Shown: positions 37,377 through 46,878 of the stretch, piece by piece | Layout: the number at the start of each line of letters is the position of its first letter | How positions within the stretch are numbered: position 1 is the first letter of the stretch | Assembly: GCA_963836075.1 (NCBI GenBank) | Contig: CAWIIB010000009.1 | Coordinates: forward strand, 322,437 to 386,436 | From: an uncultured Acidobacteriota bacterium | GTDB lineage: Bacteria > Acidobacteriota > JAQAZP01 | Length of the DNA stretch: 64,000 bases | Direction of reading: 5' to 3' | The notes under the pieces: model-generated | Database searches by the model: none | What the model saw: only the letters and a program-made list of their open reading frames with translations | What the model was told of the DNA's origin: nothing | Made by a program: the position numbers and the translations under genes

Positions 37377-39086
37377 TCACTTGGGGAGTTCGATCTCGAA
37401 CGATGTGCCTTTGCCCACCCGGCTGGATACGTGGATCGTGCCCCCCAGCGAGGTGACGATCCCGTGGCTGATGGAAAGCCCCAACCCGGTACCTTTGCCG
37501 ACTTCCTTGGTCGTGAAGAACGGTTGGAAAATTTTCGGGAGGACGTCCGCTTCAATTCCGCGGCCGGTATCGGAAATGATGACGCTGACAGTTTCGCTGT
37601 TCTCATGCGAGGAGATCGTGATGCGCCCGTCCTTGCCGATGGCGTCCCTTGCGTTTCGAAGAAGATTGATGAAAACCTGCTTTATCTTTTCCGCATCCGT
37701 CTCGATCGCGGGCAATTGATCATCCGTCTCGATCCTTATCTCGATGTTTTCCAGGGTGAACTCCTTCTGGATCAGCTCGACGGCGTCCCGCACCACCTCA
37801 TTGATCCGGTGGGTTTCGATCCGGGTTTCGTGATGCCTTGAGAACCCCAGCAGCTTCTGCGTGATGCCCCGGCAGCGGCGGATCTCCTGCTTGATCGACT
37901 CCATCCGCTGCTGAAACTCGTCCTGGTTGAATTCCTGGCCGAAGGCAGGGTCGAGGGTGTCCTCCATCACGCCGATCTCCGAGAACATCACTGCCAGTGG
38001 ATTGTTGATCTCGTGGGCCACGCCGGCGGCCATCTCGCCCATCGTCGAGAGCTTACCCGCCTTGATCAGGTGGTCGATCAGCCTGGCACGGTCCCGTTCG
38101 GCCCTCGCGTAGCGCCTGAGCAGCGTCTGTGTCGAGAGCACCGAGATCACGACGATGACCAGCGCACTCAGGGCAAGGATAACCAGGACCACCCGCGTGG
38201 TCGATCGGACCGGCAGGTTGGCCACGGCCAGGTCCTGCATCACGACCAGCGTCCAGTCGGTGGTCTGCATCCTCGACCAGGCGACCAGGTACGATTCATT
38301 TCCCGACTGGGTTTTTCCCACTCCCCGGCTCTCGGACAATGCCGGAAGGGATACCAGGGGCAAAAAGACATTGTTGCACAACTCCGGCGGCCCGCACTGG
38401 CAAACGCCCTCACTGTTCACAATCAGGGCCCTTGCCCCCTCGATGACCTGCACGTCGTTGACCAGCTGGTTGAAACGGACCGGGTTGATGGTGATGCGCA
38501 GGAAGCGGACGTGTGCGGCGGTGGAAATCCGGTGGGCCACGATGAAGTGTGGTTCGTTACGATACCCGAGGTAGACATCGCTGACAAACAGATCTTTCTC
38601 GGTTGTGGACAGGACGCGAAACCAGTTTTCCTCGCTGTAGTTCCTCCCCTCGAGGGACGGGAACGGCCCGGCGTACCGCGAATGCGTGCCGTCCTCGTCG
38701 AAGAGCCCGATATCCAGAATCGTCTCGTCCATGCTCTGCAACAACCCGAGCAGGTTGATCATGTCCTGGTGGGAGGGGTACGCATCCAGGTCGATGATGC
38801 TTGAGATGCTCCTCAGTGCATTGGTCTTGTTGGTGAGGATCTGATCGATGGCGGTCTGCCGGCCCTTGGCGATGGTTTGCAGCAGGAGCTCCGAACGGGC
38901 CTCTAGGGTGTTGGTGAACTGGTGGCGCAGGTAGAACGCCAGCAGGAAGAGGGGGACCAGGGACACGATGAGCAGCCGGACCAGGACCCGGTTCCGCAGC
39001 CCGTTCAGCGTTTGTGAGTGGGGCGCGAAAATCTCGTCCGGCCTGTCCTTCACCGGATCGGCGGCGGATCGTTGCTGCCTGTCCAT
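37377..39086 (-). CDS. Sensor histidine kinase with a periplasmic Cache-like domain.
   Basis: Two TM helices flank a periplasmic domain of about 250 aa. H-box HEINNPLAVM. The HATPase N, G1 and G2 boxes (LLRNARDA...DTGRGI...GTGLGLSI). Confidence 0.8.
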   Translation of the reverse strand: MDRQQRSAADPVKDRPDEIFAPHSQTLNGLRNRVLVRLLIVSLVPLFLLAFYLRHQFTNTLEARSELLLQTIAKGRQTAIDQILTNKTNALRSISSIIDLDAYPSHQDMINLLGLLQSMDETILDIGLFDEDGTHSRYAGPFPSLEGRNYSEENWFRVLSTTEKDLFVSDVYLGYRNEPHFIVAHRISTAAHVRFLRITINPVRFNQLVNDVQVIEGARALIVNSEGVCQCGPPELCNNVFLPLVSLPALSESRGVGKTQSGNESYLVAWSRMQTTDWTLVVMQDLAVANLPVRSTTRVVLVILALSALVIVVISVLSTQTLLRRYARAERDRARLIDHLIKAGKLSTMGEMAAGVAHEINNPLAVMFSEIGVMEDTLDPAFGQEFNQDEFQQRMESIKQEIRRCRGITQKLLGFSRHHETRIETHRINEVVRDAVELIQKEFTLENIEIRIETDDQLPAIETDAEKIKQVFINLLRNARDAIGKDGRITISSHENSETVSVIISDTGRGIEADVLPKIFQPFFTTKEVGKGTGLGLSISHGIVTSLGGTIHVSSRVGKGTSFEIELPK

Positions 39087-39153
39087 ATGGTCACCTGCTG
39101 GATGATCTTCCCTGTCCAGGGCCCCTGGCCGAGACCGAGACCGGCGCTCCGGC

Positions 39154-39642
39154 TCAGTCGCTCTCCTTGTCCAGCTTTCGCAGTTCCTCGAGCAGCGCCA
39201 GCGGGCTGTACCTGGTGGCCTTGTCCAGCAGTGCCTGCACCCCCGCTGCTTTTTGTTCCTTGCGGGCGATGATGCGCTTGGCGTAGGCCTGCGACAGGAC
39301 GGAGATCAGTTCATCGAGCTCGCACGGCTTTTGCAGGTATTCGTAAGCCCCTTCACGCGTCATTTTTTTGGCCGAATCGAGAGAGCCGTGGCCGGTCAGG
39401 ACCACGACCTCCATGCGGGGATGCTGCTGCTTGATTCGCCGCAACAGTTCCTCGCCGTCCATTCCGGGCATCTTCAGGTCGATGAGCGCCACATCGAATT
39501 TCTGGTTCTGAGTCGCCTCCAGGGCATCTTCCCCCCGGGTGAATGGAAAAACCTCGATGTTCCGGACCTCGAGCCTCCTCGTTGTCGCGTTGAGAAATTT
39601 CTTCTCGTCGTCAACGAACAGCAACCGAATCTTTTCACTCAT
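39154..39642 (-). CDS. Single-domain response regulator (receiver only, with a short C-terminal coiled tail).
   Basis: LLFVDDE...DVALIDLKMPGMDG...VVVLTGHGS. Strong RBS AAGGAAGGAG. Confidence 0.75.
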   Translation of the reverse strand: MSEKIRLLFVDDEKKFLNATTRRLEVRNIEVFPFTRGEDALEATQNQKFDVALIDLKMPGMDGEELLRRIKQQHPRMEVVVLTGHGSLDSAKKMTREGAYEYLQKPCELDELISVLSQAYAKRIIARKEQKAAGVQALLDKATRYSPLALLEELRKLDKESD

Positions 39643-39675
39643 CGCACAACTCCTTCCTTTCAGTTTCCTCACGCT

Positions 39676-41703
39676 TCATACGGCCGGGAACCCCACCCAG
39701 GGCCAGTATACGAGGAAGAGCCAGAACCAGAGCACAGCCATTGAGATGAGAAAAACGGCCGTGCCGTGCCTGGCAAAGTCGCCCAGGGAGATCAACTGCT
39801 TCCCCGTTTCGGGGTCTTTGGCTACCGCGTAAATGATCGCGTTGTTCGGCGTGCCGATGATCAGAATGTGGGCGAAGGACGAGGCGAAGGCGGTGGCAAA
39901 ACCGATCATCCACGGGTGCGTGCCGGAAATCACCGCCATCGGGGTGGTGATCGGACCGATGGCGGAAACCGTCGCGCCGTCGCTCATGAAATTGGTCAGT
40001 ACGCCGGTGAGGATGCTGCAGGCTATGGCCAGCCCCGTGCCCGAGCCCATCGACTCCGGCAGCAGCTCGAGGAAACCGGCGGCGATCCAGAGGCCGGCCC
40101 CGGTGACCGCCAGCCCCTTGCCCATGGCCGTCGCGCCCGCATAGAGGGCGACCACGTCCCAGTGGATGTGGCTGACGTCGCGCCAGCGGGTGATGCGGAG
40201 CATGGACATCAGCACGAGGCCCAGCAAAACAGGCCCGGCCATGCCGAAGGTGCTGGAGAGAAAAACCCAGCCGAGGATCACCAGCACCAGGATGCCGGCC
40301 ATCAGATACTCCTCGAGGAGCATCGGCCCGAGGCGCTTCGATTCGGTTTTGACGATCTCGGCCACGTTCAGATTCTTCACTTTTATCTTCTTCCTGAAAA
40401 CGAGGAAGAAATAGAGGCCCACTGCCAGGGCGGCGACCGGAACAAAGGGCAAGCCGTATTTCATCCATTGACCGTAGGAGGGAGCATTGCCGTAATCCAT
40501 CATGATGCCCAGCATGACCGCGTTTCGCCCGCCGGCGCTTGGCGACCCCGGCCCGCCCAGGTTTCCGATAAAGGTCACGATGAGGATCAGGGTGATGGCC
40601 AGGCTCCGGTCTTCATCGATCCCGGCGGATTTGATCGAAACCGCGTAGACCGCCACCATGATCGGCGCGATGAAGGCGACCAGGGCGTGCTCGGAGACGA
40701 ACGAGGCACTCACCGCCAGCAGCGGGCAAAAGAGGAAAACGAACCGCCGCAGGCTGCTGGACATCCCAAGCAGCAGGACACCGATCCGTTTGTCCAGGCC
40801 CGTTTTGGCGATCCCCACGGACAGCGCCAGCACACCGAAAATGAACAGCACCGAATCCTTGGCAAATGCCTTGGCCACCATCTCGGGAGGCATGATGCGG
40901 AACCAGTACATTACCACGCCGACCAGGATCGCCGTGAATCCGACTGGAATCGCGCCGGTGGCCCAGAAAAACGCGGCGAGGAACAGCAGCGCCACCATGA
41001 CCTTGGCCTTGAATGCCGCAAAGGTCACCGGGTCCCCCCCATCATACCCTCTCATGAAGTCGGTATACTTCCCGTAGTAATCCGAAATCGTTTGTCCCGC
41101 GGCCATCTTCTTGTATTCGGCGTAACCGCTGATCGGGTCAGCAAGATCCCCGCTCTTGACTGTTCCCAGCAGGTCGAGCATCGACCGCGGCGGCGGGAGA
41201 AGGATGATGAGGAAGAATATGAACAACCCGACAAGAATGAACAGCGGGCGGTAATTGCTGACGCCGATCAACCGTGTTTTCAAGCCGGGCTTCTTCTCCG
41301 GGATCTCGTCCTCACGGATCAGCACACCCACGCGGTGCCGCCTGGCAGCTTCGATCTCATGGAGCAGTTCCTCGAACTCCACCGGCTTCTCGAGGTAGGA
41401 ATAGGCGTCGAGCTTTCCGGTGACCGTAGCGGACTGGAAGGACGCATGTCCGGTCAGGATGATGACCTGGCTCGACGGGCTGTATTTCTTGATCGCCTTG
41501 AGGGTCTCTTCGCCGCTCATGCCCGGCATCTTCAAATCGAGAAGAATGACTTCGTACTCATGCTGGCGAACCATGGCGATCGCGTCGTCACCGCGTTCGA
41601 CCTCGTGAACCTTGTACCCCCGTTTTTCGAGGCGGAGTTTCGTGTTTTCCCTGAACTTCCGTTCGTCCTCCACCATCAGAACATCGACATGCTTGTCCGG
41701 CAT
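39676..41703 (-). CDS. Receiver (REC) domain fused N-terminally to a CitMHS/ArsB-NhaD-type anion permease.
   Basis: VLMVEDE...ILLDLKMPGMSG...VIILTGHAS (REC, about 125 aa), followed by 12 or more TM segments typical of the CitMHS/SLC13-like permease fold. Confidence 0.7.
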   Translation of the reverse strand: MPDKHVDVLMVEDERKFRENTKLRLEKRGYKVHEVERGDDAIAMVRQHEYEVILLDLKMPGMSGEETLKAIKKYSPSSQVIILTGHASFQSATVTGKLDAYSYLEKPVEFEELLHEIEAARRHRVGVLIREDEIPEKKPGLKTRLIGVSNYRPLFILVGLFIFFLIILLPPPRSMLDLLGTVKSGDLADPISGYAEYKKMAAGQTISDYYGKYTDFMRGYDGGDPVTFAAFKAKVMVALLFLAAFFWATGAIPVGFTAILVGVVMYWFRIMPPEMVAKAFAKDSVLFIFGVLALSVGIAKTGLDKRIGVLLLGMSSSLRRFVFLFCPLLAVSASFVSEHALVAFIAPIMVAVYAVSIKSAGIDEDRSLAITLILIVTFIGNLGGPGSPSAGGRNAVMLGIMMDYGNAPSYGQWMKYGLPFVPVAALAVGLYFFLVFRKKIKVKNLNVAEIVKTESKRLGPMLLEEYLMAGILVLVILGWVFLSSTFGMAGPVLLGLVLMSMLRITRWRDVSHIHWDVVALYAGATAMGKGLAVTGAGLWIAAGFLELLPESMGSGTGLAIACSILTGVLTNFMSDGATVSAIGPITTPMAVISGTHPWMIGFATAFASSFAHILIIGTPNNAIIYAVAKDPETGKQLISLGDFARHGTAVFLISMAVLWFWLFLVYWPWVGFPAV

Positions 41704-42058
41704 TTAACACTCCCGGGCACCCCTTTGCGGACCCAACCAGAATTATCGACGGGACGGAATCCAACTTTGGGCATTATTCTCGTAAACACCTCTACGATCA
41801 AGGGATTTCGCAGAAGCAGATCAAGTTAAAATTCCGCTGTCCAGGCTGGCCGGCGGGCCTGGAGCGGAAAGCCGTCATTGACTTCATCGAACGCTCTCCG
41901 GTACATTTTCCACCAGCAGACTGATTCCGATCACGCTTGAGGCCATCCGATCAGGCACACTGCCGCAAAGGAACGAGAACTCCGTTGGGGCTCAAATCAC
42001 GAACCTGGAAATCATTGATCCCGGCCGGCCGGGTGACAGTCACCAGAGAGGAGCCGCG

Positions 42059-43108
42059 ATGTTTGTCCTGATCGTTATAGTCGCCGTCACCATCCTCGTC
42101 TCGTCCAGTTGCTCGCTGTTCGAGTCGGTCCTGTACACCACCCGCATGGGCACCCTGGAAGCGTCGAAGAGCGAGGGCCGGCGGCAGCGGCTGGCCGCCT
42201 CCATGCTCGAGATGAAACGCAACATCTCCGGGCCCATCGCCGCCATCCTGATCCTCAACACCATCGCCAACACCGCCGGGGCCACCATGGCCGGCGCCTG
42301 GGCGGACAAGGTGCTCGGCGTGGGGATGGTCCCCCTCTTCTCGATCCTCTTCACCTTTGCCATCCTGTTTTTTGCAGAAATCTTTCCCAAAACTGCGGGG
42401 GCGGTGTACTGGCGCACCCTCTGGCCGGGCATCGTCCGGCCGCTGACCGCCATGCGCTACCTCCTCTCGCCGCTGATCTGGGTCACGGAAAAGGCGACCT
42501 CGCTGATCACCCGCGGCCAGAAGTCACAGCACATCACCGAGAAGGAGATTCTCGCCGTCATCCGCTGGGGCGAAACCGAAGGGGAAATATCGAATCTCGA
42601 GAGCCTCATCGTCCACAACATCATCGGGCTCGAGGACAAACAGGTTGAGGACATCATGACGCCGCGGACGGTGATGTTCAGCCTGCCCGAGACCGCGCTG
42701 GTGGAAGACGTCCGCGAGGAGGCCAGCGAACGGGGGTTCACCCGCATACCGCTATACCGCGACGACCGCGAGCGGATTACCGGCTACGTGATGATCCACG
42801 ATCTCAACTCGCACCAGGCATGCAGCAAGCAAGGGGTGACGCTGGCCGAACTGGCCCGCCCGATGGGCTTTATCGACCAGGGGACCAACTGCCTCAAGCT
42901 CCTGGCCCGCTTCCTCCGCACCCGGCGCCACGTGTCGGTGGTGAAAGACACCTATGGCGGCGTGGCCGGCCTGGTCACCCTCGAGGACCTGCTGGAAACC
43001 ATGCTCGGGACGGAGATTGTGGACGAGCGGGACGAGGTGGCCGACCTGCAGAAACTGGCCCGGCGTAAAATGCGAAGGGGTCCCGCCGAAAAGGACGGAG
43101 GAGGCTGA
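42059..43108 (+). CDS. CNNM/CorC-HlyC family transporter (DUF21 + CBS pair).
   Basis: N-terminal 4-TM DUF21 (…AEIFPKTAG…). CBS pair …VEDIMTPRTVMF… / …VVKDTYGGVAGLVTLEDLLE…. Confidence 0.75.
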   Translation: MFVLIVIVAVTILVSSSCSLFESVLYTTRMGTLEASKSEGRRQRLAASMLEMKRNISGPIAAILILNTIANTAGATMAGAWADKVLGVGMVPLFSILFTFAILFFAEIFPKTAGAVYWRTLWPGIVRPLTAMRYLLSPLIWVTEKATSLITRGQKSQHITEKEILAVIRWGETEGEISNLESLIVHNIIGLEDKQVEDIMTPRTVMFSLPETALVEDVREEASERGFTRIPLYRDDRERITGYVMIHDLNSHQACSKQGVTLAELARPMGFIDQGTNCLKLLARFLRTRRHVSVVKDTYGGVAGLVTLEDLLETMLGTEIVDERDEVADLQKLARRKMRRGPAEKDGGG

Positions 43109-43110
43109 TT

Positions 43111-44352
43111 ATGACCATCTGGCTCTGGGTCGGATTTGTCGTCTTCGTGCTGTTCCTGCTGGCCCTGGACCTGGGGGTGTTCAACCGCAAGGCCCACGTG
43201 GTCTCCGCCGGCGAGGCGCTGGGCTGGACGGCCCTCTGGGTCGCGCTGGCGCTGCTCTTCAACGTCGCGATCTACTACCTCTATGAGAATCACTGGCTCG
43301 GAGTGGGCCTCGAGATTGGCCATTCGCTCGGGGGGCGGCAGGCGGCCCTGCAGTTCTTCACCGGCTACCTCATCGAGAAGTCGCTGAGCCTCGACAACAT
43401 CTTCGTCATCGCGCTCATCTTCACCTACTTCAGTGTGCCCCTGCGGCACCAGCACCGGCTGCTCTTCTGGGGCGTGCTCGGCGCACTGGTCCTTCGCGGG
43501 CTGATGATCGTCGCCGGCGTGGCGCTGATCAGCCGCTTCAGCTGGATGATCTACGTTTTCGGCGGCCTGCTGCTGGTGACCGCGGTGAAGATGCTGGTGG
43601 CCCGCCATGACAACCTGGCAACGGAAAACAACCCGCTGGTCCGGCTGACCCGCCGCTTCTACCCGGTCACCGACGACATCGAGAGCGGGAGGTTTTTCAC
43701 CAGGGTTGACGGGCGCAGGGCCGTTACGCCGCTTTTTCTCGCCCTGATGGTGATCGAGAGCACCGACATCCTCTTCGCCGTGGACTCCATCCCCGCCATC
43801 TTCGCCGTCACCCGGGACCCGTTTATCATTTTCACGTCCAATGTCTTCGCCATCCTCGGGCTGCGCTCGCTCTACTTCGTCCTCGCCGCGGCCCTGGAGC
43901 GGTTCCGCTACCTCAAGATGAGCCTGGCCTTCATCCTCGCCTTCGTGGGCGTGAAAATGATTCTCGCCCACCACCACCCCATTCCGACGATGATCTCGCT
44001 GGCGGTGATCGCCGGGATCCTACTTGTCGGGATCGCCGCATCAATGCTTCACGGCCACCGGGACACGGCGGCCCTGGTCTCGCCCGTGGTCGAAGAAATG
44101 GAGCAGATCCTGCGCTTGACCGTCCGGCGCGCGAAACGCGTGATCATCCTGGTGGTGGGGAGCACGGTGATCCTCCTCGGCGCGGCGCTGCTGGTGCTGC
44201 CCGGCCCGGGCCTGCTGGTGATCTTCTTCGGCATTTCTCTTCTGGCCACCGAGTTTTTCTGGGCCCGGCGGCTCCTGCGCAGGGTGCGCCGGGAGACATC
44301 GAGGCTGGCGAAGGCGTCAAAGCGGACGCTGGGTATGGGGGACGATGGTTGA
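43111..44352 (+). CDS. TerC-family membrane protein fused to a C-terminal PGPGW domain.
   Basis: LSLDNIFVIALIF and DSIPAIFAVT (TerC repeats). C-terminal ...LVLPGPGLLVIFFGISLLATEFFWAR (PGPGW). Confidence 0.7.
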   Translation: MTIWLWVGFVVFVLFLLALDLGVFNRKAHVVSAGEALGWTALWVALALLFNVAIYYLYENHWLGVGLEIGHSLGGRQAALQFFTGYLIEKSLSLDNIFVIALIFTYFSVPLRHQHRLLFWGVLGALVLRGLMIVAGVALISRFSWMIYVFGGLLLVTAVKMLVARHDNLATENNPLVRLTRRFYPVTDDIESGRFFTRVDGRRAVTPLFLALMVIESTDILFAVDSIPAIFAVTRDPFIIFTSNVFAILGLRSLYFVLAAALERFRYLKMSLAFILAFVGVKMILAHHHPIPTMISLAVIAGILLVGIAASMLHGHRDTAALVSPVVEEMEQILRLTVRRAKRVIILVVGSTVILLGAALLVLPGPGLLVIFFGISLLATEFFWARRLLRRVRRETSRLAKASKRTLGMGDDG

Positions 44353-44450
44353 GTCATGTTGCCTCGATCCGGCCGGATAGACTATCCTTTCTTCGTCTCA
44401 TTCCCCTCTAAAAGGAAGAACCACCCCGGGGTCAACGAAGGGCCACCGAC

Positions 44451-46664
44451 ATGACAGTCAATGCCAAGACCCGGACTCTGGGCACCTTTCTCGGTGTGTT
44501 CACACCGACCATGCTGACCATCCTCGGCGTAATCATGTATCTGCGCTTCGGCTGGCTGGTGGGTCACCTCGGTCTGCTCCGCGCCCTGCTGGCCGTCTGC
44601 CTGGCCAACATCATCACCCTGGTCACCACGCTCTCCTTTTCCGCCGTGGCCACCAACACCCGCGTCGGGGCCGGCGGGGCCTACTTCATCATCTCCCGCA
44701 GCCTGGGCCTGGAGCTGGGCGGGGCGATCGGCTTCCCCCTCTTCCTCTCCCAGGCCTTTTCGGTCACGCTCTACGCCTACGGCCTGGCCGAATCGCTGCG
44801 GCTCTTCTGGCCGGCCCTGCCGCTGCAGCTGGCGGTGCTGGTGATCATCGCCGTGGTGGCCGCCCTGGCCCTGGTGGGCGCCGAAGCGGCGCTGAAGTCG
44901 CAGCTCCCGCTGATGGTCTTCATCGCGGTGTCCATCGGCGCCTTTGCCGCCGGCGCCATCCTTCGGGCGCCCGGGGCCAGCATCCCGATCACTCCCCCAT
45001 CGGGCGAGGTGCCTTTCTGGGCCGGTTTTGCCGTGTTCTTTCCCGCGGTGACCGGGGTGATGGCCGGCCTTGGCCTCTCCGGGGATCTGAAGGACCCGGA
45101 ACGCTCCATTCCGCGGGGTTCTCTGCTCGCCGTGCTCACCGGGTTCGCGGTCTACCTCATCATTCCCGTCCTGCTGGTGATCGGCGCCACCCCCGATGAA
45201 CTGCGCACCAACCCCATGATCTGGTCAAAGGTGGCGCCGCTGGGTCCCTGGCTGATCTTTCCCGGACTCTGGGGCGCCATCTTCTCCTCGGCCGTGGCCT
45301 CGATGCTCGGCGCGCCGCGAACCCTCCAGGCCCTGTCCCGGGACCGGCTGATCCCCCGCTTCTTCGGTCTGCGCACCGGCGACTGGCGGGAGCTGGCGCC
45401 GGGGTTCGCCCTTTCGGTGATCATCGCCCTTTCCGCCGTCTTGCTCGGGGACCTCAACGCCGTGGCCACGGTGGTCACCATCTTTTTCATCACGGTCTAC
45501 GGCACGCTGAACATCGTCGCCGCCGCGGAATCGCTGAGCGGCGACCCGTCCTGGCGCCCCACGCTGCGGGTGCCCTGGCCGGTCAGCCTGGCCGGCGGCC
45601 TGGCCTGCGTGGCGGTGATGTTCCTGATCAGCCCGCTGGCCGGCATCCTCGCCGTCTTTGCCGAACTGTGCCTCTGGCTGCTGCTGACCCGCCGGGAGCG
45701 GGCCGAGACCTGGGGGGACGCCCGCCGCGGGATCTACGAATCGCTGATCCGCAAGGCGCTGCTGCAGCTGGCCAAGCGCCCGGTGAGCGCCCGGAACTGG
45801 CGGCCCCACGTGCTGGTCTTCATCTCCGACCCGCTGCTCGGGCTGGACCTGATCCGCTTCGCCGGCTGGTTCAGCCAGGGGCGCGGCCTGGTCACCGCCT
45901 GCGAGCTGCTGGTGGGCGACCTGGAGGACGAGGACCTGGACCTGGAGGGCCGCCGGCAGCGGATCAACGACATCCTCCGCCAGGAAGGCCTGGTGGCCTT
46001 TGCCGAGGTGGACGTGGTGCGCAGCGTCCTGGACGGCATCACCGGCGTTTCCCAGGCCAACGGCATGGCCGGTCTGCAGAGCAACACGGTGCTCCTCGGC
46101 TGGCCCGAAGACCGCGCGCTGCTGATCGAGTTCCTGCACACCATGAACCGGTTGGAACGGCTGCACAAGTCGCTGATCATCGGGCGGATCGAGCCTCGTC
46201 ACCTCTACCCCCGGATGGGGGTCGAGCGCACGATCCATGTCTGGTGGAGCGGGCTGGAGCGCAACGGCGATCTGATGCTGCTGCTGGCCCACCTGCTCAC
46301 CCGAAACCCGGTCTGGCGCCGGGCCAAGGTCCGGGTGATGAGCGTGGCGTCGAACGAACTGATGAAGACCGAGACCGAACGCCACCTGGCCCGCCTGATC
46401 CCCGAGATCAAGATCGATGCCGAGCCGCACGTGATCATCAAACCCCCGGACACCCGCGTCCGCGACGTGGTCCACAAAGAGAGCGCGGATGCGGAGGTGG
46501 TCTTTTTCGGGCTCAACACTCCTGACGAGGGGAAGGAAGCGGAATATGCCGAACGGCTGGAGGAGCTGGCCGGGAAACTGCCCACCGTGTTCTTCGTCAA
46601 GAACTCGAGCCTGTTCATCGGTGACCTGATCAGCCCGAGCAATGACGAGAACGGAGACTCCTGA
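44451..46664 (+). CDS. SLC12-family cation-chloride cotransporter homolog (APC superfamily 12-TM core + large cytoplasmic C-terminal domain).
   Basis: 737 aa. N-terminal permease MLTILGVIMYLRFGWLVGHLG... C-terminal soluble domain of about 280 aa, as in bacterial NKCC/KCC homologs. Confidence 0.6.
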   Translation: MTVNAKTRTLGTFLGVFTPTMLTILGVIMYLRFGWLVGHLGLLRALLAVCLANIITLVTTLSFSAVATNTRVGAGGAYFIISRSLGLELGGAIGFPLFLSQAFSVTLYAYGLAESLRLFWPALPLQLAVLVIIAVVAALALVGAEAALKSQLPLMVFIAVSIGAFAAGAILRAPGASIPITPPSGEVPFWAGFAVFFPAVTGVMAGLGLSGDLKDPERSIPRGSLLAVLTGFAVYLIIPVLLVIGATPDELRTNPMIWSKVAPLGPWLIFPGLWGAIFSSAVASMLGAPRTLQALSRDRLIPRFFGLRTGDWRELAPGFALSVIIALSAVLLGDLNAVATVVTIFFITVYGTLNIVAAAESLSGDPSWRPTLRVPWPVSLAGGLACVAVMFLISPLAGILAVFAELCLWLLLTRRERAETWGDARRGIYESLIRKALLQLAKRPVSARNWRPHVLVFISDPLLGLDLIRFAGWFSQGRGLVTACELLVGDLEDEDLDLEGRRQRINDILRQEGLVAFAEVDVVRSVLDGITGVSQANGMAGLQSNTVLLGWPEDRALLIEFLHTMNRLERLHKSLIIGRIEPRHLYPRMGVERTIHVWWSGLERNGDLMLLLAHLLTRNPVWRRAKVRVMSVASNELMKTETERHLARLIPEIKIDAEPHVIIKPPDTRVRDVVHKESADAEVVFFGLNTPDEGKEAEYAERLEELAGKLPTVFFVKNSSLFIGDLISPSNDENGDS

Positions 46665-46878
46665 ACCACGACCGGTCCATTTTTCTCCGGGACCGGCGGG
46701 ATATTCCACTGTAGGCGATGGAAGATACCGATGATGATCGACGAGACCAAACCCGCGCCAGGAGAAAATGCATTAGCACCGTGAAACCGTTCCAGAGCCA
46801 GAGTGTCGGCGCTTCCCTCGCCTCCCCTGCACCGTGATAAAATGCCGGACAGACCAGTCAAAACAAGGGGGACCTGAC

